Of a stretch of DNA of 55,254 nt, positions 16,913 through 26,200 are shown piece after piece. Below the pieces are notes generated by a model, which ran no database searches, was not told the DNA's origin, and saw nothing but the letters and a program-made list of their open reading frames with translations. Every line of letters begins with the position of its first letter. Positions within the stretch are counted from its first letter, which is position 1. Source of the DNA: Myxococcota bacterium (GTDB lineage: Bacteria; Myxococcota_C; UBA6777); NCBI GenBank assembly GCA_023150835.1, contig JAKLKB010000050.1, positions 1-55,254 of the forward strand, read 5' to 3'. The position numbers were made by a program, and so were the translations under genes.

Positions 16913-19255
16913 ATGAGCGAGCAAATCAAGAAAAATGGGCGTGTAGATGTGTCAAGCCGCGTGGGTTTATGGGGGGCAAGCCTCCTTTGTGTGGTCGTGG
17001 TGTTGTGGCAGTGTGTGGCTCCGCCCAATATCGGCCCAACCTATAAACTATGCCGAACAAGTGCTGATTGTCCGCAAAAAAAAGAGCCGGAAATGGACTG
17101 TGTGTTGAACGCTTGTGTTGTGCGTAGGATCCAACCTTTAGAGCCTAGCAATAAAGAAATCCCCGGGCCTGACGCAGAAAAGATCATCCCCGAGCCTGAC
17201 GGTTCAACAAAAGAACCCGACCCACCCGAGAGAACATGCCCTGTCGACCTTCCAAACTGTCAGTTTTGTGTCAAAAAAACAGATTGCGGGTTCGGGAAGA
17301 TCTGCAAATTGGGCGAAGATGTCTGTCGATCGGGGTGCGTGAATGATTTGGATTGTCAAGAACCAGGAAAGCGGACCTGTGATCTTAACGCGGAGATCTG
17401 CAAAGAATGCGTGACGGCAAAAAATTGCCAATTCGGTTCGGTTTGCGTGAAAGACAAATGCACGACTTGTTCGTCAGACGCGGAGTGTAAACCTGATTAC
17501 GGTCGTGACTCGGTCTGTGTGGGGAACAAATGCAGCGCGTCCCAATGTTCGACGGGGGCGGATTGCGTTGGAAAATGTGTGGGTGAAGGGGATTGTTTGT
17601 GTTTGAACAATGCTTGTGGATTTTGCGGAAACAACGGTGATTGTGGGGTAGATAAGCGGTGTGTTGACAAAAAGTGTTTGTCCGAATGTACGACAGATGC
17701 ACAGTGTACCGCTCTACAACGAATTTGTTGGGGGGGGTTGTGTCGAAAACATGCGATCTTGCAAGGGAACGCACGTCAGTGGAGCGATGGGACGTTTGCA
17801 TCGGATTGTGCAGAGTATCGGTTTCCTCGAAATGTCGGTTATGCGGCGGCTACAGCAGACGGCCTCTACAACATCAAACCAGCGGGTGTTACGGCAGCTT
17901 TTCCTGTGTACTGTGAGATGACCTATGCAGGGGGCGGATGGACGTTGGTGCTAAAGGCGGATGGATCGGGTCGTACCTTTGAGTATAAAAATGCTCTGTG
18001 GACGGATCAGAACACACACCCTGCAAGCAATCCCGACCCTGATCTCAACCGTACCGAGGCAAAACTACAAAGTTATTGGACGGTTCCGGTGGGTCAGATC
18101 TTGTTGCGGATGCAAGAGACAAGCGCAGACAAGATCCGCTCGGGGATCGTCCACATCGGTGGGACATCCATACGAGAGGTGATGAGCAAGCCCGACAATA
18201 CGAATTTTGCGCAAGGCATGGGCCAAACTTTGTGGCGCTCGTTGGTGAAAAAAAGTAACCTTGCGCCAGAATGTTTTGAAGAAGGAGTGAATCGTAGAGC
18301 GTCTGCGGGGAGCGCGATCTCAGGCGTGCGTTTGGGCTTTTTGGCGAGTCCTAGTTCTCCAGCCTGCAAGGCCTCGTCTGTGGTTGGATTTGGTTTGGAT
18401 CGCTTGACAGGTTCCGTTGTGGGGAACGTTTGGGGCTCGGTTGAGACGAAGGATTTTGGGTATATCTTTGTGCGAAAATTGCTTTCGTGGAGTCCGGTGA
18501 TCGATGATGCTGGCGCGAAGGCCCCTGTGGTTGGGGGGGCCTTGGAGTCTTGTCTTGCGTACCATCTTCCGCCTTACGCTGTGACGGAGGACGGTGCGTA
18601 TTGGATCAAGCCTGCGGCCCAAAACACTCGGAAAAAAGCGTACTGTTTGATGAGCCGCTTTGGAGGAGGGTGGACCTTGGCCGCGAAGGTGGACGGTGAC
18701 AAAAAAACGTTCGTCTACAGCGCGGGGATTTGGGAGGATAAGACATCCTTTGGCGAGGATAAATTGGATCTGAATAGCGTAGACGAGGCAAAGTTCGAAT
18801 CCTTCGGGACGTTGGCATTTTCTCAGATTGCGTTGGGGTTTCGCTCTCCACCAGCGGGTTCCCCTGAACGCTTTGTGGTGGTCCATAAACAAGCCAACTC
18901 GTTGCAATCACTACTTGTTGGAGGGGCCTATTCCGCCTTCGATTACGGTTTGGGAAAAGAGACGTGGAAGAGCGTGATCGCTTCAGCTACCCTGATCGAG
19001 TTAGCGGGGGATTGCGTAAAAGAGGGATTCAATGTTTTTGGCTCGGTCTCAAACATCCGCATCGGTGTTGGAGCAGGGCACGAGAGCGGGCAGCATTGTG
19101 CCAACAATACGTTCTTTGCTCGTTTGGGAGTCGGAACCAAGGCGGAAAGCTGCTCTTACAAAGCAGATGCCTCAGCGGGGAGTTTTGTGATCGGCGGATG
19201 CTGGGGGAACGCGGACAACGAGATATCGTCTGTTGTGAACGTCTTGGTGCGTTGA
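16913..19255 (+). CDS. Paralog B: about 8 Cys-rich repeats plus two fibrinogen/intelectin-like domains
   Basis: ATG 16913 after GAGGTG; signal ending LWQC; collinear with paralog A (for example YAGGGWTLVLKADG and QNTHPASNPD are shared). Confidence 0.85.
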   Translation: MSEQIKKNGRVDVSSRVGLWGASLLCVVVVLWQCVAPPNIGPTYKLCRTSADCPQKKEPEMDCVLNACVVRRIQPLEPSNKEIPGPDAEKIIPEPDGSTKEPDPPERTCPVDLPNCQFCVKKTDCGFGKICKLGEDVCRSGCVNDLDCQEPGKRTCDLNAEICKECVTAKNCQFGSVCVKDKCTTCSSDAECKPDYGRDSVCVGNKCSASQCSTGADCVGKCVGEGDCLCLNNACGFCGNNGDCGVDKRCVDKKCLSECTTDAQCTALQRICWGGLCRKHAILQGNARQWSDGTFASDCAEYRFPRNVGYAAATADGLYNIKPAGVTAAFPVYCEMTYAGGGWTLVLKADGSGRTFEYKNALWTDQNTHPASNPDPDLNRTEAKLQSYWTVPVGQILLRMQETSADKIRSGIVHIGGTSIREVMSKPDNTNFAQGMGQTLWRSLVKKSNLAPECFEEGVNRRASAGSAISGVRLGFLASPSSPACKASSVVGFGLDRLTGSVVGNVWGSVETKDFGYIFVRKLLSWSPVIDDAGAKAPVVGGALESCLAYHLPPYAVTEDGAYWIKPAAQNTRKKAYCLMSRFGGGWTLAAKVDGDKKTFVYSAGIWEDKTSFGEDKLDLNSVDEAKFESFGTLAFSQIALGFRSPPAGSPERFVVVHKQANSLQSLLVGGAYSAFDYGLGKETWKSVIASATLIELAGDCVKEGFNVFGSVSNIRIGVGAGHESGQHCANNTFFARLGVGTKAESCSYKADASAGSFVIGGCWGNADNEISSVVNVLVR

Positions 19256-19376
19256 GCGTTTGTGGATATCTTGGTGTGCTGAGTGTGTCTGCGAGCCTTG
19301 GTATCCCGAATCTTTGCGTGATCGTGGGTTGTAGGGCCTTTGTACTGCGCTGGATGCGTGGTGGAGAGTTCGTTTG

Positions 19377-20477
19377 ATGAAGATAGCGGTGTTGGCGTCG
19401 GGGGGTGTGGACTCTTCGGTGGCGTTACGTTTGTTGCAGGAGCAAGGCCACGATCTGACGGCCTTTTACATCAAGATCTGGTTGGAAGACGAGTTGGCTT
19501 TCTTGGGAGAGTGTCCTTGGGAAGAGGATCTGTCCTATGTTCGGGCGATTTGCGATGCACAAGGTATTCCTTTGGAAGTGATCTCTTTGCAGAAAGAGTA
19601 CTGGGAACAAGTCGTACAATACACGATCGATGAGGTTCGTGCGGGTCGTACGCCAAACCCAGATATCCATTGCAACGCACGGATCAAGTTTGGGACGTTC
19701 TATCAAAAGATCGATGACAGCTTTGAGAAAGTGGCCACCGGACATTATGCGCGTTGTGCTGAAGAAGGTGGTGTCGCGTATTTGAAGACGGCGGTAGATG
19801 CTTTCAAAGATCAGACTTACTTTTTAGCTCATTTGTGCCAAGAACAATTGAAGCGTGCGATGTTTCCGATCGGAGAGTACACCAAGCCGGAAGTTCGGGC
19901 GTTGGCCTCGCGCTTTGATTTACCGAATTCTCGGCGCAAAGACAGCCAAGGTATTTGTTTTTTGGGGACGATCCGTTACAGCGATTTTATTCGGCATCAT
20001 CTTGGTGAAAAGTCTGGAGAGCTTGTCGAATTCGAGAGTGGTCGTGTGATGGGCCATCATCCCGGGTTTTGGTACTACACCTTGGGGCAACGGCATGGGA
20101 TCGGTTTAGGAAACGGCCCTTGGTACGTGGTGCGCAAAGATGTCAACGAGAATGTTGTGTACATCTCCCGAAATTACGAAGCCATCGAACGGTTGCGCGC
20201 TTGTTTTTATGTGGAGTCACCTAATTGGCTTTCGGGATTTGTGCCGCCGCTTGGACAGCGATTTGGGTGCCGTGTCAAGATCCGACACGGAGAATTTGCT
20301 TACAAGGCGGAGGTTCTTTTTGAGGAGAAAAGCCGAGCAACAGTTTGGCTAGAGCAACCCGATCAGGGCCTTGCTCCGGGGCAATATGCTGTGTTTTACC
20401 AAGAAGACATCTGCCTTGGTTGCGCGGTAATCGCCGAAGGCATTCCTTCGATAATACGAAATCCGCCCATCGTGTGA
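19377..20477 (+). CDS. mnmA: tRNA-specific 2-thiouridylase MnmA
   Basis: SGGVDSSV PP-loop, TPNPDIHCN, ATGHYA, KDQTYFL, KDSQGICFLG, YTLGQR and APGQ. Confidence 0.96.
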   Translation: MKIAVLASGGVDSSVALRLLQEQGHDLTAFYIKIWLEDELAFLGECPWEEDLSYVRAICDAQGIPLEVISLQKEYWEQVVQYTIDEVRAGRTPNPDIHCNARIKFGTFYQKIDDSFEKVATGHYARCAEEGGVAYLKTAVDAFKDQTYFLAHLCQEQLKRAMFPIGEYTKPEVRALASRFDLPNSRRKDSQGICFLGTIRYSDFIRHHLGEKSGELVEFESGRVMGHHPGFWYYTLGQRHGIGLGNGPWYVVRKDVNENVVYISRNYEAIERLRACFYVESPNWLSGFVPPLGQRFGCRVKIRHGEFAYKAEVLFEEKSRATVWLEQPDQGLAPGQYAVFYQEDICLGCAVIAEGIPSIIRNPPIV

Positions 20478-20557
20478 TCGTAAAAATGTAGGGGCAGCTC
20501 CTTGTGGCAGCCCAAAAATAGGGCGTCTACGAACGATGCTTCGTGTACGCATCACAC
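20452..20557. mobile_element. REP-doublet/MITE-like element, copy 2 (right half decayed)
   Basis: TAATACGAAATCCGCCCATCGTGTGATCGTAAAAATGTAGGGGCAGCTCCTTGTGGCAGCCC closely matches 1829-1888; only a remnant ATCACAC of the right arm is left. Confidence 0.75.
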
Positions 20558-20598
20558 GAAGTAAAGGAGTCTCTAGCATCGAAAGCGTTTAGACGCGC

Positions 20599-21510
20599 TT
20601 AATCTTCTTGCTCGAGGTCTTTGGGCGAGGGTTTTTTTCGGATGCGTTCGAGAGCTTCAAAGAGGCTCTCTTTTGGGAGGTCAAAGGGCGTAGGGTCTTT
20701 TTGGGCGGGAGTTGGCTGTCGGTTGGGTTGATAGAAACGTGCGGCATCACGCAGCGAGAGGATCTCGGCAGCAGCTTCGAGGGTAACAGGGTGAAGTTGA
20801 GCCATGTCTTTGATCTCAAGGAGTTCTTGGCTTGGGAGAGAAGGAAGATACTGTAGGGTGATGGCGGTGGGTGTGTAGGGATTTTTGCAGATCGCGATCT
20901 GGATGGATGGTCGACGAAACCATCGAGGGTGCCGAGCGATCTCTTCGAGGATCTGGGGTTGATTGGGGCGTCGAGTCGAAAGCAACAGGACTTCTTTTTC
21001 GGTGATACGGGGATTTTGCAAAAGCATACGAATGACAGAAGGATCAGGATCAAGAAGTAGCTTCTCAAGCATAGAAATGTTCTGTTTACGAGCAAGAGAT
21101 TTACGCAGACCCAAAGGGACTTCGGCGAGTTGATGATGACCGCGAGGGGGGCGTTCATTTTGTTTTTGAGGCGGAGCGGAGAGTAAGAGTCGTTGGATAT
21201 GCTTGTATCCTCGGGAGGTTGCGGCCTGATAGAGTTCGCGAGAGGCATCGTGATGAAGGGGGTGGGCAGCGATCGCAAGATCTTGGAAGGCGATTAGGGC
21301 GATACGGTATTCGGCAAACACAGCGCTGCGCATCGTGAGGAGGTGGAGAAACTCGATCTGGATATCGAGGTGGATCTGAGCAAAGTATTCGCCCATGACT
21401 TCGCGCCGCATCGTGCGTTCGGGCAAAGATACCAAGCGTTTAAGCAAAGATTCGAGGGCTGCGTGTGCTTGTTCTCGTGGAGAGGGCGGGGGTGTTGTCT
21501 CGGATGGCAT
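20599..21510 (-). CDS. Alpha-helical repeat (HEAT/LRV-like) hypothetical protein
   Basis: Repeats of LLLDPDPSVIRMLLQNPR and IAICKNPYTP type; start placed at ATG 21510 to avoid overlap with the upstream gene. Confidence 0.7.
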   Translation of the reverse strand: MPSETTPPPSPREQAHAALESLLKRLVSLPERTMRREVMGEYFAQIHLDIQIEFLHLLTMRSAVFAEYRIALIAFQDLAIAAHPLHHDASRELYQAATSRGYKHIQRLLLSAPPQKQNERPPRGHHQLAEVPLGLRKSLARKQNISMLEKLLLDPDPSVIRMLLQNPRITEKEVLLLSTRRPNQPQILEEIARHPRWFRRPSIQIAICKNPYTPTAITLQYLPSLPSQELLEIKDMAQLHPVTLEAAAEILSLRDAARFYQPNRQPTPAQKDPTPFDLPKESLFEALERIRKKPSPKDLEQED

Positions 21511-21532
21511 GACGGCATCGTTCTTGGGGGGG

Positions 21533-23206
21533 TTAGGGTTTTCGGGAGGCTTGTGGAAGAGATACACGGATGCGGAAGTCGGGCAGATTTGGGGGAGGAA
21601 ACCAAAGGAGATCAAAGACTTTTTTCCCATGTGCAGGTATTTTTCGACGGTTTGTTTGAGCGAGTTGTGTGAGATAGAGGGAGCGGGCTTGATTTGGGGT
21701 GTGTAGATGATGGAGCAGGGAAGGCTGGAAGCGAACGCAACAAGGGAAATTTGAGGAGAGGGGAGCACTTGGGTGGGAGGCTTGGATAAGCTGGAGGAAA
21801 GGTGCGCGTTGGGGTTGGTTTGTGAGGTTGTGAAGGGTGCCGCGGATCACGAGAAAGGGTTTGGTACGCCGATAGAGATGGACGTGGACTTGTTCGATTT
21901 TCCAGAGGTGTTGTTCGCCTGCGAGCAAGGAGCGAAGGCGCGCCCATGCAAGCTGCTTTTGAGAGAAATTTCCAGCCAGAAGAGAACCCCACAGCCAGAG
22001 AAAAAGTACGAGAAGGCCCAAAACAGAGGTGGTTCGGGTGATAAAGGGGAGCAGGGTGTGCCAAAACTGTTGTCTTTGTTGGATGCGGTCGGGCAGGAAG
22101 AATTCGACTTCGTTGTTGCGGGCGAGTCCTCCATAGGGAGTGGGAGGGGGTGGAGCGGGTGTAAGGGGGGTTTGGAGGGAGGCTTGGAGTGCCTCTCCAA
22201 AGATTTCTTCGGATTCGGCTTTGCGGTGGGCTTCGAGATCAAGGTCGAGAAGTTGGGGCGCGGGGATTTCTTCGTCGATCAGCCCGAGGATATTGGTGTT
22301 TCCATCGTTGTTTGCTGGTTTTTGGGGTGGACGGGCGTGGGAGGGCATGGGGGCAAAGGGATCGACCGTTGAGAGAGAAGAAGAAGAGAGCGTACGAAGA
22401 TCGGCGTTGGAGCGGGTTTGGAAGTGCATAGAGGGCGGGGGCTGGCTGGTTGGGAAGTGCATAGAGGGTGGGAGTTGGCTGGTGTCGATGCGTTCTTCGC
22501 GGAGGTGAGCAGGCAAGACGATATCTTCTTCGAGCCAAGAATCACGGAGGTCGCGCTTGTTTGGGGAGAGGGCGGCGGAAGTCGTTGGGATCTCAAACCA
22601 ACTGTCTTGTTTTTCTTTTGTGGTGCGGTTGGGGGGGATGGGCGGAGGAGCGGCGGGCTGGGTTGAGGCTTGAGATTTGGAGAGGATCTCTTCGAGGGGA
22701 ATTTCGAGCCAGCTATCTTTGGGGCCGAGAGAAACGGGAGAGAGAGAGAGAGGTGGAGGGTCGGGAGGTGGAGGGGATTGGAGTTTCTGCTGGATCAGAG
22801 AAGCTGGAACATCGAACCAGCTTTCTTCTGAATTGGGGAGTCCGTCGCCGTCGCGTAGATGGAGGGGGCTGGGGGCGAAGGGGAGGGGTGGTGGAGAAGT
22901 GGTGGGCGGAGAGGACCGAGAGAGAGGGGGTGGAACAGGAGCAGGATTGAATAGTGGGGATCGTGTGATGGCGGGCGGCAAGGGAGCGGGCGGCAAGGTG
23001 GTGGGGGGAGGGGTAGAGACGGCGCTGGCTTGTTCAGCGGAGAGGGTGGGTGGGGGAGACCCCGCTTCGTAGGGCCGCATCAGGCCGTTGCGAAAGAGCC
23101 AGTACATGCTTTGGCAAGAAGCACAGCGGACCACGGAACCTAGGGCAGCGATGCGTTCTTCGGGGATTTGGAAGCGTGCTTGGCATTGTGTGCAAGTGAG
23201 GATCAT
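21533..23206 (-). CDS. MJ0042-type zinc-ribbon protein with Pro-rich linker, TM helix and DUF3426-like C-terminal domain
   Basis: MILTCTQCQARFQIPEERI...VRCASCQSMY; long disordered linker; TM helix VLGLLVLFLWLW; LVIRGTLHN...IPAHGKKVF. Confidence 0.82.
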   Translation of the reverse strand: MILTCTQCQARFQIPEERIAALGSVVRCASCQSMYWLFRNGLMRPYEAGSPPPTLSAEQASAVSTPPPTTLPPAPLPPAITRSPLFNPAPVPPPLSRSSPPTTSPPPLPFAPSPLHLRDGDGLPNSEESWFDVPASLIQQKLQSPPPPDPPPLSLSPVSLGPKDSWLEIPLEEILSKSQASTQPAAPPPIPPNRTTKEKQDSWFEIPTTSAALSPNKRDLRDSWLEEDIVLPAHLREERIDTSQLPPSMHFPTSQPPPSMHFQTRSNADLRTLSSSSLSTVDPFAPMPSHARPPQKPANNDGNTNILGLIDEEIPAPQLLDLDLEAHRKAESEEIFGEALQASLQTPLTPAPPPPTPYGGLARNNEVEFFLPDRIQQRQQFWHTLLPFITRTTSVLGLLVLFLWLWGSLLAGNFSQKQLAWARLRSLLAGEQHLWKIEQVHVHLYRRTKPFLVIRGTLHNLTNQPQRAPFLQLIQASHPSAPLSSNFPCCVRFQPSLLHHLHTPNQARSLYLTQLAQTNRRKIPAHGKKVFDLLWFPPPNLPDFRIRVSLPQASRKP

Positions 23207-23279
23207 CGCGGAGATCCTTGGCTTTGAGCGGTTGGGCGAGGCGCACAACCTTGTGGTGAACAAGGCATCCGATCAAGGC

Positions 23280-26200
23280 TCAGATACCGAGACGAGAGCG
23301 GAGTTGTTGGACGCGGGCTGCGACGCTGCGATAACTTTGATCGATCATGTAAACTTCTTCGAAGTACTGAAGCGCGCCTTGTGGGTTGCCGTCTTGCTCG
23401 TGGGCTTGCGCCACTTCATAGAGGAGATCGAGGCGATCGTGAGGATCAAGGGAGGGGAGTTCAAGGGCTTTGGTGTAGACTTCCACAGACTGACGGGACT
23501 TGCCTTGTGCAGCGTAGCTATTTCCGATCATCTTGTAACAGTCTGCTTGGCGAAAGCCGCCACGCAAGCAGATTTGGAATTCTTCGACGGCTTGGCTGTA
23601 AAGTCCCATGCTGTGGAAAGCGATGCCGAGTTCGAAGTGGGTTTCGCCTTCGTCTTCGTTGACGGATTGTTGGACAGCTTGTTGAAATTGTTTGATTTCT
23701 TCGGCGACACGATCTCTTGCGCGCTGTGAGGGGGCATTTTCTGCGAAGCCAAGAGCAGAGTCGAGATCGAGGAGGATATCGTTTGCTCCCTGTTCGAGGT
23801 GCTTTTCGAGTTCTTGTTCTTGATCGCGAAGCGCAGATAAGGCGTGATCGCGACCGCGAAGTGCTTCGCGATTTTGTGGATCTTCGGAGAGGATAAAATC
23901 GTAGATCTCCAGCGCGTAGGCGTACTCTTCTTGTTCGAGGTAAAGGGTAGCTTCTTCGAGTTTTTCTGCGACGAGAGAAAGCTGTTCTTCGAGGATCAGA
24001 TCTTCGTCGAGTTCCTCGAATTCTTCTTCTTGTGCGGGGCGAGGCGTTTTTGCGTCATCGGGCTGATCGAGTGTGCTCAGATCCTCATCGTCTTTTTCGA
24101 TGGGTTCGGCAGAGAGGGAAGAAGTGGCTACAGGAGTCGCCCAAGAAGGCGCGACGGGTTTAGGTGGAGCGGGCGCTGCAAAAGGGGTTGGAGGCAAGGG
24201 GATGGGCGGGGTAGGTTTGCCAAAGGGAGGAGGCGGCAAGGGTGCTTCGGCGGCCTTGCCAAAGGGAGGGGGCGGCGGAGGTGCTTCGATTTTTTGAGAC
24301 GCTGGCGAAGCGTCAAGCCAAGGAGCGGGGGGGATCTCGGGGCGAGGTGCGGGCGCAGAAGGAGCGGGGGCAGGGGTTTCGTCGCCTTCTTTGGCCTTGA
24401 TCATGGCTTCGAGGCGTGCTGCTTGGGCTTCGAGATCATCTAGGCTGCTGCCTCCCGACGTCGTTGGTTTGGGGAGAACAGCGGGCTTGGGTGGGGGGAC
24501 TGTTGGGAGAGGAGGAGCAAATGAGGGGGCAGGGCGTGCCGCGAAATGGGGTGCAGGAGGCGTAAAGCCCACGGGTTTGGGTGCAGGAGGCGCAGGTGGA
24601 GGCGGCGGAGCAAAGCCCGTCGGTTTGGGCGGAGGTGGGGCAAAGGTCGGCGCAGGGGGAGGCGGCGGAGGAGGAGCAAAGGTCGGCGCAGGTGGAGGTG
24701 GAGCAAAGCCCGTCGGTTTGGGCGGAGGTGGGGCAAAGGTCGGCGCAGGGGGAGGCGGAGGAGGAGGAGCAAAGGTCGGTGGTTTTGGTGGAGCAAAGTT
24801 GGATGCGGGAGTAGAAAGCCCTTGTCCTGTTTGGTCGGAAGCGTCCTCCTCAACGGAGATAGCGTCGTCATCATCGGATTCAACAGCGATATCATCTTCA
24901 ACGGAGATGGCATCGCTGTCTTCAACAGCGACAGCGTCATTCTCTTCGGATTCGATAGCGATATCATCTTCAACGGAGATCACATCATCATCTTCGACGG
25001 CGATGTCTTTGCTTTCGGGTTCTTGAGGGCGAGAGATAGCGGGGATATCCCCAAAGGATTCTTCGAGGACTTGTTGTGGGATCTCCTCGGCAAGGAGTTC
25101 TGGGTGTTGTTGTCGGAGGCGAACGAGGACTTGGTAGGCGCTTTCTTGGATTTGGGGCGGAGCTTCGTTGATCTCAAGGATGCGCTCAAGGCAAGGCAGC
25201 GCATCGACGGGCGGTAGGTTTTGAGCTGCGACCCAAAGGTCTTCTGCTGCTTGTGCGAAGTCTTCGCGAGCGAGGAGGATCTCTGCGCGCATTTTGCGTG
25301 CGGGGCCGTAACGTGCGTTAATCGTGAGGAGTTGTTGCAATTTTTCGAGGACGCGGTTGGCGAGTCCATATTTTTGGAAGACTTCAGCTTCCGCAAGCAA
25401 CTTTTCGAGGTGTTCTTGATTTTTGGCAGCGGGCGGTGTTCCGGGCGAAGAGGAAGAGAGGGAAGCCGAAGTACGCGTAGGTTGGGAGGTTTCTTGGGTC
25501 GGGTTAGGGGCGCGCTTGAGTTCTTCGTAGGCTTGCCGTGCGTTGGTGTCGTTGGGGTTGAGGGCGAGGATGCGCTCGTAGGTTTTGCGTGCTTGGAGGA
25601 TATCTTGGTTGTTTTGGTAAACTTCAGCGAGTTGTTGAAGAACGGAGAGCGCCTTGGGGGGCTGGCGCAACACGGTGAATGCTTCGATCAACAATTCAAG
25701 GGTTTCGGTGTCGCGTCGGTTGTGTTTGTAAGCGATTTGTAATTTGGCGACCGCTTTCATCACTTCGTTTTGCTGGAGGTAGATAGAAGACAGCTTACGC
25801 AACACTTCCATATTGTTGGGATCGATAAAGAGCAAACGTTCGCCAACTTTGAGATAATCGCCCCAGCGTTCTTGGCTGGCGAGTTCGTGAAGTGCTTTTT
25901 CGAATTCTTGGGTGGCTTGTTGGGTGTCTTGTTGAGCGAGAAAGAGTTCGGCCAGTTTTACGTGGAGGGGGATGTTGTGTGGATCCAAGCTGAGCATGGA
26001 TTGGTAGACAGAAATGGATTGTGGGAGGTCGCCTTGTTGTTCAAAGAGAAAAGCGATATTTTGGTACTGGCTGAGCGCGTCACCGCGTCGGTCGAGAGAG
26101 ACGAAGACTTCGGCGAGCAGGAGTTGAACGTCTACTCGGTTTTCGTCGAGCCGCAGGATCTGCTTGTATACGGCGAGCGCTTTTTGGAAGTGTGCGTCTT

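Noticed and set aside
13734-19255. Diversity-generating retroelement acting on the lectin-like heads
   Set aside because: No reverse transcriptase or near-identical template repeat was seen in the window, and paralog differences include many synonymous non-adenine changes.
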